DNA of 64,000 nt from Phoronis australis (Eukaryota; Animalia; Phoronida). The notes under the pieces were generated by a model that was given only the letters and a program-made list of their open reading frames with translations, was not told where the DNA came from and ran no database searches. The stretch lies in NCBI GenBank assembly GCA_002633005.1, contig NMRA01000040.1, forward strand, positions 1,175,805 through 1,239,804, read 5' to 3'. Every line of letters begins with the position of its first letter. Position 1 is the first letter of the stretch. Below, one piece after another: positions 48,998 through 62,987 of the stretch. The translations under genes and the position numbers were made by a program.

Positions 48998-51655
48998 GCA
49001 TTGGCGAACCAATCACTTTCAAACTGGTCACGTGTTTCTTGCAATTGATCAGCTTTTATAAAATTTTGTTTAACCGGACGTCACGTTCAAGATGGCGGCT
49101 CTGGTGCATTTTCACCCATTTTCAATCATTCTGCTGTTGCCTTTTTAACGGGAAGAGCAAATGACCTGAATTTTTGCATGTGGATTCCTTGAAGTATGCT
49201 CTTTCAAAAGTTCTGCGATAACGGTTTTCTCAGACTTACCGTTTTCGAGTTATTTGATTTTGAATTTCAAAAAAACGCAAAATTTCAATTTTTTCGAAAA
49301 AATTATGGAATGTTGCGAAACTATCAGTGAATCTAGATAAAGTTTTGGACGGGCTTTCAGAAGATATTTTCCATTTTTCGCTACAACGTCTAACTTTTTA
49401 TATAATTCGACATTTTCTGGTAGCGCTGTTCCTTTGTTGCAATTTTTGACGTACAAGGTTATTGTTTTTGGTCATGATGGGATACAAAATGGCGGACGTG
49501 GCGGCCATTTTGTATCCGATTTCACAGTCAAATACTCGTAGAGGCCGCATTTCTCGACGTACATGGCTGAAAATCGGTACGATTATAGTAGAACGCATGT
49601 GCTACAAGTGTGCAGAAAATCGTTGACTTCTGGCCAAAGATGACGGATATATTGGAAGTGGCGCATGCGCACCCCGAAATATGGCCAAAAACGTTTTCTC
49701 CTGTAGAGGGCGCATTTGCAAACCAATCACTTTCAAACTGGTCACGTGTTTGTTGAGTTTAATAAGCTTTTATAAAAAATTATTGAACCGAAAGTCACTT
49801 TCAAGATGGCGGCTGTGGCGCATGTTCACATGGTTTCAATCGTTTTGGTGTCGCATTTTTAACGGGAAGAGCAACTGACAGGAATTTTTGCATGTGGATT
49901 CCTTGAAGTGTGGCCTTTCAAAAAGTCTGTGAGAGCGTATTTCTCAGACTTACCGTTTTCGAGTTATTTGACTTTGGATTTCAAAAAAACCAGCAAATTT
50001 TCAATTTTCTGGAAAATTTTTTGGATTTTTGCCAAACTACCACTTTAGATAGAGTTTTGAACCGTCTTTCAGAAGATATTTTCCATTTTGCGCTTCGACG
50101 TCTACTTTTTGACTTATCCGAGATTTTCGGATACCATTGTTCCAATTCGGTCACCTATGCAAGGACCCAGCTGGCTGACTTTCAGTTCATTTTGTTTTGG
50201 TTATGCCTAGTTGACCCAGACTGACCCAGCCAGCACTGTCCTACTGTAGACTGGACCGTCATGTTGCGCCATCTATTGTTCTTTATTGTAGTTGATTGTA
50301 TGCTCTCTATTTGATTTCTTCGCTAGTCACATGAATGTTATCGTGTTATTCATAATTGCCGCCTTGATCGTCCTTATTGTCGTCGTCCTCCTCATCGTCG
50401 TCTTTTTGATTAATTCTGTAAAGTATTGCTCCTCCGAGCGCTCTCGTTTTTTTTTATTTTATTTATTTTTTTGTTCGCACGATACATGTCGCAATTTTCA
50501 TCCGATCATCACGAAATTTGCACATAACATGTACTTTTGAAAGTACTGGAAGCCTATTGTTTTTCGTTATAATTGGATCCAAGATGGTGGATGTGGTGGC
50601 CATTTTGTTTTTGATTAAAGGTTCAAATGCTTCTGGAGGCTACAAGTTTTTACGTACAAGGCTAAGAATTGGCACAGTAAATGGACCGGAAGTGTGCTAC
50701 AAGTAGACCAGAAATTGTTTAGTTCCAGTTTAAGATGGCGGAAAAATCGGTGATCGCACATGTGCACCTCGATTTTGGCCTGGAAACATTTTCTCCTGTA
50801 GAGGGCGCATTATAGGGCCAATTCCTTCAATTTTTTTCAGATATTATTTTTTATGATCTGCTATTATATCAAGACAAAAAACCGGAAGTTGCTTTCAAGA
50901 TGGCGGATCTGGCGCATGTTGACCCATTTTCAGTCGTGCTGGAGTGCGATTTTAAAGAGGAAGAGAAAAAGACGTGAGTTTTTGCATGTGGATTCTTTGA
51001 GGTATACTCTTTCAAATGACCTGCAACAATTTTTTTCTCAGACTTACCGTTTTCGAGTTATTTGACTTTGAAATTCTTAAGAAAAACGCAAAATTTCTTT
51101 TTTTTTTCAAAAAATTTACAGAATTAAGCGATACCATCAGATTAGATAGAACTTTGAACAGGCTTTCAGAAGATGTTTTCCATTTTTTGCTAGGATGTCT
51201 ACTTTTCGAGTTATTTGAGATTTTCTGATAACACTGTTCCTTTGTTGATCGCTCTTTCTGCATTAATGTTGGTTTATCTTCTATTGAACTAGACTATAGC
51301 CTATTTCTTATTGATTTATGACATCGTCATATGAATGTTATGATGTTGTTCATAATTGCCACCACGATCACTATATTCGTCATCTTTGTCATCATCTCCG
51401 ACGTCATCTTTTCTTCAGTTAATTTCGCCAAGTGTCGCTCAAGACTGTAGCCTATTTCTTAGTGATTTCTGACCTCTACGTTTGTCATATGAATGATATC
51501 ATTACTTGCATTGTCCATCATTGCCACCATCGTCGTCATAGCTGTCATCTTCGTCATCATCTCTGTCGTCGTCTTTTCTCGTCATCTCTAACATGTTTTT
51601 TTGTTGTTAATTTTGCCAAGTTTCGCTCCTTGGAGTGCTTTCATTTTCTTATTTG
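48990..51655. repeat. Complex long-unit repeat, right block (about three more units)
   Basis: Units beginning AGAGGGYGCATT at ~48991, 49706 and 50801, each followed by TTCAAGATGGCGG and CTCAGACTTACCGTTTTCGAG. Confidence 0.8.
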
Positions 51656-51677
51656 ACAAAAATTGTTTTGATTAATT

Positions 51678-54600
51678 CAGTGGTGCAAAAAAGTTTAGCA
51701 CTTGATGTCGTAAATAGTATTCTGTGGCTCACTAGCATTGCCAGAAGTTGCTCGTAAACGTTCGGTAGTGTTTCATGACAAAAAACACCAGGCCCGGTCA
51801 ATGCTTCACAACTCCTAACTGGTGACTGATAGTCATTAATATTTTAATTACAACTATCTACATGAAGTTGAAATTATATTTCATTATTTTTTCGGACGTT
51901 ATGTTTCTACAAAAACAATGACTTAACGTCCTTCAATACAAATTGGTTCACCTCTCACTGGCCAGGCATTCCACCAAGGAGTCAGTAATACAATTGTACT
52001 ACACGTCTTGAATTCTCATGGCCTCCACTAGGGACGCCAGCATACGTGTGACGTCAGCAGTACAAAAGGGTTCTGGTCAACATTCACCATTCTGCTTGCT
52101 GTCATATTTGTTATGAGCTTGCCCGTAGGTGGTGCAGCAGTTAGTGGGAATAATAGAATTAGTTGAAAGCCTATTGTTGACCTCATGTTTGTCATCAGCC
52201 TGTCTGCAAGTGGGAACAGTTGCATTAGTTGAAATGCAGGTTTTGTATCTCTAAAATTGTGAGCATATTGCTGACATCATGTAGTTTAATTACTTGAAAT
52301 GCATGTTCTTTGTCTCTCAAGTTGTGAGCCTCTTGTTTAATGTTATCAGGCTGTCCACAGGTGGTGGAACCCTTAGTGGGAATAGTGGAATTAGTTGAAA
52401 TGTGTATTTGGTGTCTGGAAAAGTGGTGAGCCCTTTGTTGATGTCTTATTTGTTATCAGCCTGCCACCAGGTGGCGCAGCGATTAGTGGGAATAGTTGAG
52501 TTAGTTGAAATGTGCAGAATGGTGAATGTTGCATGACCAAGACCCTTTCGTCTCTCTGGCGTCACAGGCACGCTGGCGTCTCTACTAGAGGTCAACAAAC
52601 AGAGTTCATGGACAAGTTAGTGGAAACGAGGAGTGTACGTAGAATTGTTCAACACTCCTTTGTGGAATGCCTAGTGGCAATGGAGCCTGACAGGCGAACT
52701 TATTTGTATTGTAGGACATTGAGTCATTGTTTTTTGTTGAAACATAATGTCCGAAAAAATGAATGATGTATAATATCAACTTCATGTAGATAATTGTAAA
52801 TGTCATATTAAGTACTAGTCCACGAGAGCACCAGCCATGAGCGGCAAGGTGGGGGTCAGCCAATTTTCACCAAATTTGGCACATAGGTAGTCCTATAGGA
52901 TCTATACACAACGGTAAAATATTTCCTCATAATATTACGTTTTTCTTAAGTTATAGGCTCGAACACATTTTACGGCTTCGCAGCCATGTTTTCACGGTAT
53001 AAAAACTGTCCAGTTTTAACTGTTCATATTTTTCCTTGAATGAAAGCTATTGATTTATTATTCATTTGGCATTGTTTAGTGGTGCCTGTAGATTGTTACA
53101 CAGATGTCTTGAAACACGATTCCGATTTACCACCCTCATTTAGTAGTTTTACTACACTGCCCCCCGTTATGCCATTTTGAGGTTGTGTTCAGTACACTGC
53201 TGTACCAAATCTGCCCCCACTGTTATGAGAATGAAACTTAGCCAAAATGTTGACAAAACATGTTACTTTCATTTCATAAAATAAAAACTTTGTCAGCCAG
53301 TTTATTAGTTATATATTTTGGCACCTCAAATGTACTAAAATGAGAAATTTTCATATAACTGAAATCGATGCGTGAGCACCGTAAAATCCGATTGTCCTTC
53401 ATGTTTTTCGATATTTTGCAACAAGTTAGTTCCTCCTGAATGTTTTGAACGTTTTACTACTGATCACTTAGGGCTATAGTACCCCTAAATACCATACATG
53501 GCTCCATTTTGTAAAAAGCCGATTATGTCCTCCACAGTGAACAGGGTTAGACATGAACTCGACAAATGTAGGTTACATGTATTTTGATTTACAGTTGTTT
53601 TACTTTGCAATTTCCTCATGGGTATTTCTTCACACATATTCAAGTCAGATTTTCTGTTGATCAAATGTTCATGTAATGCATTGTAATATCAAATGAATGA
53701 CAAGTTAGGTTGCATGACCGCAATTTTTCCCACGACTTAAAACAAAAGACCGCAGAAATTTTCCTGACGAAATACCGGGTTTGCAGTTCTGTAAAAACAT
53801 TCGAATGACAAGACAAACTCCACCACTGGCCATGGCAACTCGTCGCATGTTTTTCACCCATCGGTCCTATCATTGTTTTCCTTTGTTGTGTCATTGTTAG
53901 ATGTAACAACACAGGTCGCATGGATATAGAACCTTGCGTACATCAGACCGTTGCCGATAAGTGCTCGTCATTATATCTTTATTATAACAACGGGAACAAT
54001 GAAGATGCTAATCTATTGTTCTCTATGCGACCAAGTTTCCCATGGATGACCACAGAAGAGGAATCCCAAAGTATCCACAAACAATGACCACGCACCGTAG
54101 TAACTATTACCGCGCACACGAATCCTTTCCGTGGAGCCTGAACACCAAATTTTTATATCCGTGTATTGTGTTGTATTGCTCATGGTACGGGTTCAGACTC
54201 TGTTGTATTAAGATTCCAATCCCCAACCCTGTAATATGTAGTTTGAGTAAAATTTCTAGACAATGCAGGTTTATGGATTTATTCTCCTTCAAATGAAGAG
54301 TAAAAATCAAATTCTGCACAGGTTTTTTAAAAGTAATCACTTATTGGAAGATCACACATCTAAAAAATAAGAAAATGTTTGACAATTTTATTCATTATCT
54401 TATTTGAAAATTGCCTACCTCACAGACAACTCATCTAAGTTGAAAATATTCCTTGTGAAAAAATATAAAATACCAACCAGAGACTTGCGTACTACAAAAT
54501 ATGTTTTCATAATACAATGCAAAGATAACTGTACAGTCAAAAGTGCAAATGTTATGACTCTAATAAAAAATTGCCTTCTAGATCTTTTCAACACTCTAAT

Positions 54601-57600
54601 TGCTACAGGACAGAGTCAACCACACAAAGCTCATAAAGTCAGGGAATTACATTTAAGGTGATGTAGTCTCACTGCGAAAAAGTGATTTCGCAATATCGCT
54701 GACAACACTGGAAATCTCTTCTTCACAAACTTGAGGTAGCTGTATTTACCACATCAATGTTCTTATCAAAACTAACCACCACAAAATGAAAAATTGGCTT
54801 GTTGGTTCCAATTAGGCAGCATTTTACAATGAAATGGTCATGAAAAAATACTTTTGCAACACGGTTTGCATTACAATTGCCCTACGATTACAGTTGTACA
54901 TACATACTAGACCCAGTAACAAAATTACCCATGGGAACCATAAAATGGTCAATTCGCCAAAAAAACAAGGAGCCACCAGAGCTAATGTGCCACTACTTTT
55001 CAGTACTACAACAAAAAATCATTTGAAGTGGACATAAACTCGCCTAAAATCACATAAAACAACTTTTGATTTAGACATTTTACCATCACGAAATAGGTAT
55101 TACTTCCAGGTCACTTTGAGCAATTTCAGAACTTTGAAAGATCTGGCAATATGCAATTGCTACCAGACTAATAATGTGCGATTTTATACACACAGCATGG
55201 TCTCAAGGAATAGCAAACTGTCAATTCGCTACAATTCCAGAAATCACTTCCCATCTGGATAAGGAACAAACTGAGCAAAGTTTATAGAGGTAAATGGTCT
55301 AAATCAAAACTTATTACCTCCTGGACAGAATATGGGTTTACAACCCAGGCAGAAAGATAAGTTAACAAAACCAGCCTAACTGCAACAGGGTCTCAAATTT
55401 CAGTAATATATACCCATTTACAAACAAAAATCTACAATGGTAAATAAAATGCGGAAACATAAATTCAGATCAATTACGCATCTTCAAGGAAAAGAAATAG
55501 TACAGAGGTCAGAAATCATCTAAATGTGATGGCGACACTGAGTAATCCTGTCAGACCAAAAAATCCAGTGGCTAAACAAAATGAACAATGTACCATTACC
55601 ATGTGGCCCAGGATCATAATCCGTGCCTGGACAAAAACTCAGTCTTAGACTAGGTAAATTTTAGACTTGTGCTGTTCACACAAGCAGTTCTGGTGCAAAC
55701 AAAGCTTGCGACAACACACAGGCCTACTTCCCTACACAGCTGTGCTGATACAATAATGCCCCCACTGGATTTAGCAGATCAGCCAGAGTATTTACAGGTC
55801 CAGCCACTGTACTGTTTCCTCCCATTGAATTTTTACAATGCTACATCCTTGACAATCGCAGATTGCCTCTTTCTATGCATACTCCACTTCCTCTGTCCCA
55901 GTTTCCCCACATTTGTTGAGAGTGGCCTATCTCAACAAATTACTTTGGACCTGTTGTGGTATAAGCCAGTAATCTTTGGCAAATGCTTTTTCCCCAACTC
56001 GTTCCTCAAGCTACAAATTCTCTTTTACATATCTTCTGGGAGTAGACTTTCCGGCCTCTCTCTAGCCCCCTCACTTAGTTGTCCAGAAGGGTATCTTCTC
56101 GCTGGTTGTGAAATTTTCCATACCCAACCTTTACTAATAATCGGCAAGTCTCCAACTTCAGCAGAAGCCACTTCTTCAGCATAAGCCTTTCCTGATTCCT
56201 AAAATTGTATTAATGAAAAATTAAACATATTAAATTTAATGTGGCCATTTCGGCTCACAAAATATGAATACCAAGCTAAAATAAGTGAAGGGACCAATAT
56301 TTTTGACGGCTTTAGCATGTTTAATTAACTTCACAATCGCAGAAAATCATTGGTAGACAAAACATACTCCCTAGTCTCTAAAAGTATTTCATGGGCAGAA
56401 GTCATGTTACACATTTGGTGGTTGTTATGAAAAGTTATGATGACAACCTTATTTTCTATGCCATTGTATACATGTAGTTGCATAAACATCAACACATTTG
56501 GATAAGATATGATTAAGCAATAAGGCCAAAGCTATAAGCAATCACTTTGTGTCAATAAAAGTATTTTTGCATGAATGACGGGCTTCTAAAAATATTCCTC
56601 AGGGTCAGACCCTGGAGTTTAGTGATTCCTACCTGAGCTCACACGAAGCAGGACGTTGAACCTTGACTTTAAACGTCTTTGGTAATTTTTCAGACCTCTA
56701 TCAGATTTCTCCTCTAGTGTGCAGTGGATGTTCTAAGTGTCTTTGGCGACGCCAACATATCTCGAGTGTTGTAACGATGATTCGGGCAAGTGAACCTAAT
56801 ACGGTAGATTATGTAGCTCCTGCTGCACACAGTGCCTCCGAGGCAGACACTGAGACAGACTACTCAGGAGGACACGTTCCACCTCCACATCAGCTCCACG
56901 TACTCTTATAAGGTGCTCAAATGTCTCGCTCTATACCTTGTGCATTTCCCTAGAGTTTCCAAAGTTGTTTCTCTCCGCAATTTGTAGAAATACCACATTC
57001 GATGCGACTGGCAGTGCCAGATAAATAGATAAATTCGCAAACCCGCACTTTAGGTCAGCCATCATTCAACTAACGCATTGTAAGCTTTAGTTTGGTATTC
57101 AGACGAATTGGATGAAGAAATTTAGTATAATTTATATTTTATTGGGAAATGCTAGTGTCCTTAAAATTAATTAAAAACATTTAAGCAAACCAATTGTTTT
57201 AATTGTTGTATTATACCACGGCATATTAATGCGTAGAAACGGCGCACAACTAGTGACTGGTTTAACATGACAAATACATATACGCGGTCTGAAAATAGTG
57301 AAATTCAGACACCTATTACCAAGCCTGCCTGAAGGGCTGACAAAGTTTTTATTGTATTAATTTCAAGGGCATGGAGTCTTCTACATGCCCATGTTATTAT
57401 TTTTAGTTTTCTCGCGGGGCAGCTTCGCTATAAGGGTACAACTTACTGCTGGTTTTTCACAAGACGGAAATGTGAGTCCACGGAAACAGTTCCAGTGTTA
57501 CCATGGTAACCGATATTGCAGTGTGGATGTCGTTTTTACTGACATTGGTCATGAACCTATCATGTGATATCAAAATTGTTCAGAAACGATTCTGTTTGAA

Positions 57601-58030
57601 GCAGAAACTGGAGTAGAAAATTTGGTCAAAAATGACTCATTCCACACAAAGAAATTGCCTCATTTTGCCCCCCAGAACACTTCCCTTGTATCTCCTAAAC
57701 CACCAAACTTTGTGGTGTCATACTTCACCCATTTTCTCTCATCCCTAATGTGATTTATCAGAGTAAACATGGATCTGAATGGCTGACCCCCCACCTTGCC
57801 GCTTGTTGGCTGTACAGTGGTCGGTGGATCCGTGGACTGATACTTAATGGTTATCAGTCACCAATTAGGAGTTGTGAAATGTTGCCGGCTATGGTGTGAG
57901 GCCAGTGTCTTTTTAACATGAAGCACTACGGAGAGTTTTCGAGCAACTTTTGCCAATATAGTTCTGGATATGCTAATAAACCACAGAATACTATTTACTA
58001 TATCAAGTGCTGAACTTTTTCACACCAATT
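51678..58030. mobile_element. Fold-back element with ~450 bp inverted arms; right arm split by a 5-kb insertion
   Basis: 51678-52100 is the inverted complement of 52510-52811 plus 57844-58030; centre (52110-52510) has tandem TTAGTGGGAATA...TTAGTTGAAATG units; left end CAGTGGTGCAAAAAAGTTT is Tc1-like. Confidence 0.75.
52812..57843 (-). mobile_element. TTAA-flanked DNA transposon with internally deleted transposase relic (tentatively Sola3-like)
   Basis: TTAA at 52808-11 and 57844-47; imperfect TIR GTA(CT/TC)AGTCCACG...AGCGGCAAGGTGGGGGTCAGCCA; minus-strand relics TCPNHRY...HPLH...DRGL (~56630-56800) and KGW...ARRY...LRNELGKK...YWLIPQQVQS (~55930-56200). Confidence 0.65.
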
Positions 58031-58532
58031 TATCAAAACAGTTTTGTCAAATAAGAAAGTCAGGTATAACCTGCCTAAAAATTTGCTGTAGCCGGGTTTG
58101 GGGAAAATATTATCTGGGGATGACAGCATTTGTATGCCAGGCCACAGACAGTGCTGTTCTTCAATGGAACTATTTACGGATGCGAATCTTTGGCAATTGT
58201 GAGTTGATTTTGAACAAAATCATACCGTTTTGGTTGACATTACTTCAAAAATTTTAAAGAAAATGAAATAACTGAATACTTGGCCACAGATCCACTCACA
58301 GACAGCAGCCGTCTTATCACTGCTGTAAATCAGATCAAAATTATTTATCATTTATTATTTACCTCAGAATTCAAGTTATATAAAATATCACAAATACATT
58401 CTTAATTCTTGAATTTTGAGGATTGACGAAAGTCACAATACAAAGAATCATTTGTTACAAATCTATCTGCGACTCGGCTGATGCTACTTAGTCCGTAATA
58501 GGCTAAATAAATGGTTAACTCGGTTGGCTAAT

Positions 58533-58660
58533 TCTCATGACCTCCAATGGGGGTGTCAGGATGCGTGTAACGTCAGAGAGACAAAAGGGTCTTGGTCAAC
58601 ATTCACCATTCTGCTTGAAATGCAGGTTCTGTGTCTCTATAGTTGTGAGCTTGTTGCTGA
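58533..58660. repeat. Fragment of the fold-back element family
   Basis: CAAAAGGGTCTTGGTCAACATTCACCATTCTGCTTG is shared with ~52063-52100. Confidence 0.7.
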
Positions 58661-59739
58661 GGTCATGTTTGTTATCTATACAACCAGTGTTCTGGTCCTC
58701 TACACAAGACTCGACATAATGAGCTGCAGGTCGCATTTGCAACCTGAAATTTTGAAATGCGAGCTGAGATTTTTGTCAGCTCATATCAAGTCGCAAAATG
58801 CGACATGGATTTTCCACCTTAGTGTCAGCAGATACCTGGCAAACATAAAGAAAATAGTGTGAATCTGATTGTTATTTGGTTGTTGCCAAATCAAGCTCAA
58901 AAGAACAGTAACTAAAAATAGCCATCCTGATAACTTGTAAGGATGTCGTGTGAACTTGGGATAACGCCAGAATTGATCTTTGACGCGTTGCATCAGCTAA
59001 CATTTTCAGCTACTTTTGCAAATTTCTGGATGCGCCGAAGAAAGTTTTGGACCACAACATAACACGTGATAAAAACGTCAGAAAACAGCGATGTATAGAT
59101 CTACTAATTCTTATGTGATCAGCGTACCAAACTTTGTGGTGGAAAAACATGTTAATTTTTCATTTCATGTAAGATGACCTTATTACATGTATCAAATATC
59201 CACAACAATATTCTGATATCGCACAACAGCACTGGTAGGTTAGCGGGCAAGTGATCTTGGTAGATGATCATGACTTGAACTTGTGCTACTCATTTTTTAT
59301 CGCATAAGACTGCAAATGTGAAACAACCCTATTAATCGCCAAAGGACAGCCACGTATTTACATTCAGCAAAGTAGTTTTTAAGTCATCAAGTTCTCAAAC
59401 CCTTTGCTTGTTTTTGGGGGCTACGTACGTGATGTATGATATGTCCATCACATGTTGTTGTCAGCCTTAAGTTTAAAGGCCTAATACCCAGAGATTTAAT
59501 CTCATTACTCTAACGCTGCGAAGAGTATACCAGCTTGGCTCTGTTAAGCACCCAGCGGTGCATCATAGGGAGCTGGAGGGGGGGACTATAGCCCCCACTT
59601 ATTTCAGTGATGTGCCTCCCATGCTATAATGGGCAGTGCATCATAAGGGGCTGAGGGACTATATTGTACCTCACTTATTTCATTGCTGTGGCACTCAAGG
59701 CTGCATGCTAATGGTTTATTTGACAATGAATTTAGTTAT

Positions 59740-60655
59740 TAGATTGCCAGCAGTTATAAAAAACCCAATGCTTTACAGTATTGTATGGGACCGATGTAGT
59801 CCAGAACTGATATTTTGCTGTTGCGATGTTTCTCCGGGTTGATTTTCCCCGTGTCCAATCGTCTAATGCCCATAGCCTGCTATTGTAACTAAACAGGTAG
59901 ATGTGAAATTGTGGTTAGCGAACTTTTTATTCTTCTCTTCATACAACCCCTGCCAATTTTTTGTACCTGTGCATGAAGTCACCATTTCACTTTTCTTTTC
60001 ACTAAGACATGTTTGTGTCTTCGATTTCCAGTATTTATAAAAATAAGAGAAATTGTAACATAGGGTGCGCATCTTTCTATCAATCGATTAGTAGGGCCCT
60101 ACTAAAGATTCTGACGTGACTCCACTATAATGGGTGCCAGTCTGAACTGTGGGCATTTAGTTGTAAATTCTCAAAAGTTAAAGGAGGATGTTTAGTAGTG
60201 CAGTGAGCGCATGCATGAGCTTAGCGGTTTTAAACCTGCATGTTTGCGGTAATAAGATATTGAAAGACTGCAATAGTAGGAAATGTTGTTACCTTATGAT
60301 TTTGCAAGGCAAGTTCGATCTAGTAGGGGTGATTTTCTGGTTGTCGTTACCACCCTGAATAATGTTTTTAATTGCCCGCATCAGTTGGAACAAGATTCTT
60401 TTCATTGGAGTCTGAAAATTTTATGACTTGGTCCGTGGAGCTTTGTGTATGAAGAGAAGAATAAAAAGTTCGCTAACCACAATTTCACATCTACCTGTTT
60501 AGTTGCAATATCTGGCTTATTGACATAGAACATCGAGCCTAGGAATCATCAACCTGGGAAATTTTTGAACAGGAAAATATCAGTTCTGGGCTACATTGGT
60601 CCCGGGGAATATCGTAAAGCATCAGTTCTTTTATAACCATTGGGAATCTATTGCA
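59740..60655. mobile_element. MITE with ~200 bp inverted arms
   Basis: AACTAAACAGGTAGATGTGAAATTGTGGTTAGCGAACTTTTTATTCTTCTCTTCATACA (~59887-59945) is exactly inverted at ~60446-60503; weaker inverted similarity extends outward. Confidence 0.8.
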
Positions 60656-62344
60656 AATGTACATTCTGGCGAGAACTTAATTGTGTAAATCATGTTTTGG
60701 GGTCAATGGGTTGGGAAATGTGACCAGCAGTTGTGTGGATGTCATCATTGTGTGGATTTTCAGAATTCAAAAATCAACTACAGTCCTGCCGTATTCTACA
60801 AATTCCTTCCCTTTTCATGCAGTAATGTAGAGTCAGTCATCACGTGCTTCGGCAAGAAGAGGGCTCCTTTTCGACTCCTCACAAAAACGTTCAAAAGCGA
60901 AGTTCAAGGTCGCAGCCATTCAACAACTGACACAATGCAGGTGTGTATCAGTCAGTCGAAGCAATCTTGAATTTTGTGACATTTAACTGTCATCCATTGC
61001 AAGTTGTTTACATGTGTGTTTGTAAAACCATAGTATACATCTTTTGGGTAGTGTCTAAAGCATTTGGAAAATATGAGACACTGTAGTGATTAATCTGTCA
61101 ATGATTAGTGAAATATTAAGAAACTCGGCAGAGAAAGAAAATGATAGTTAGGTAACTGATGGCAAAATTTTAAGTAGCCAGTCATTTTTGTCCTGATATT
61201 TTCTCTATTTTTACCCAGAAGTTGTTTTGCTGCTATTTTCAAAAGGTATTACTTGGGAGATTGTCTTACTTGAGCATATTTACAGATAGGCGAGTTCAGC
61301 TTGAATGATTAATGTTAATGATAACAACAGTCAAAATGTAAAATCAGTGGATAGTGTGGTACCGATGCACAACATGGTATCTGTCTTGAGAGTTGCCATT
61401 CACTTATTACATATTATAGACTAGTGTTGCGGAGTGTAGCAGCAGCACGGCTTGTGATAGTAAGACTTAAAAGAGGAAGATGGCGGCGACGGTAGTGCTG
61501 GCTGGGTGTCAAGATATGCACACACTTGGACAGGATATATGTGTCTGATGTGAGCAAGGGGAGGAGGGCAGGCTAATAGTGTGTACCCAGTGTGGACACT
61601 GTTGACACCCCTAGTGTGTCAGCATGAAGGTGAGTAAAGAATGACAGTGGGGTAGGGGTGGGGTTGGGGGTGCAAGAGGTGAGTGACAGACTAGACCTGT
61701 TGTGTTATGAGTGTGGTTGTCAACTAACTCATCTACTTCCTGACCATGGTACCCAAGGACACGTGAAAATGCAAACGGCAGATGTGCTATCCTGCTTTGA
61801 CACATGTAATAACATAGAATGACTGATATTCACGTTGAAGATTCTGTTCGTTCAAGAAGGTTTGTTTTACGGCTATTTAAACTAATTTTTAACTAGACTG
61901 GTCTGTGGCCAGGTTTTACTTTATTAGAAAACAGTGTGCAACTTAAAGCCTACTTTAAATGGTAGCACACATCAATTTTGTTCCTCCAATTGAGCACACC
62001 AATGCCATTTATTGCCAAATGTAATTAACGGTTAGGCTTATGATCTTACTTTTGTCTAGAGACTTTCTGAGTATCTTTACCTGGTATTATATTCACTTCC
62101 CTGTTCAGTACAACTACCTTAGCCATTATTTGTTTTGTATTCTGGTGGTGATTCAAAATGGCGTAAAAAGGCTACTTCACACGTCTGTCGACATGTTTCT
62201 GTTATAGTCATCAAGCCCTCACTGTTTACTATAATGATGCTGGTACCACTTGGGTGACTTCATTCCGGTAAAATGGCGCCTGCACAAAATGTGCGTTTTG
62301 TTGCTCTGTAAATTTTCAAAGTTATCTTCACCTTGTTGCTTGAA

Positions 62345-62987
62345 ATGGGATGTCCAAAAAGAGCCACATCATCTCCTGCGCCATAAGACGGCGAGGAAGT
62401 GCCAGAGAATGAACCCGAGTGGTTTTCATCATTAAAAACTGAGTTAAAAAGGTCTAATACGGAGATTATGAACGAGCTCGGTCACATAAAAGAATCATTA
62501 AACTTAGCCTTTAACACTGCGGAAGAAGCCTTAGCAAATTCCAAACAGTGTGTAGATAAAATTGCTGCATTGGAGAAAGAAAACGGGTATTTGAAATCCA
62601 AAATTATGTTTCTCGAAATGCATTCTAGAAGGAACAATCTCGTGTTTGTGGGGATCCTGCAATCCCAGGATATGCCGTGTGAAAACAGTTTATCTATAGT
62701 GCTAAAGCTATATATGGGCCTCGACAACATCTCCTTTGAAAGAGTGCACCCGATTGGCGATAAAGGTACCATCATTGCTAAGTTTTCATTCTATAAACAA
62801 CGACAACAAGTGTGGATGGAAAAGAGAAAGTTTCAAGGTTCGAAAATTTTTGTGAATGAGGACTTTCCACATGAGACTATTGTCAATCGATAATGCCTGA
62901 TACCTTTTCTCAAGTCAGCGAGACGGTGCCCGCATGTAAATAAAGTATGGCCGAATAGAGGTCGGTTGGTGATTGACGGCAAAACCT
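62345..62987 (+). pseudogene. LINE ORF1 relic (L1-ORF1/Transposase_22-like coiled-coil plus RRM), truncated by an insertion
   Basis: Coiled-coil region, then LEMHSRRNNLVFVGI, FERVHPIG, IIAKFSFYKQR, IFVNEDFP.E...R*.L.P, LVIDGKTY. Confidence 0.85.

Noticed and set aside
55669-56184. 171-aa plus-strand ORF as a gene
   Set aside because: No recognisable motif; it is the antisense shadow of a minus-strand transposase relic
61476-61635. Possible first exon or promoter (AAGATGGCGGCG, donor AAG|GTGAGT at ~61629)
   Set aside because: Frame from this ATG stops after 23 codons and no compatible downstream exon was found
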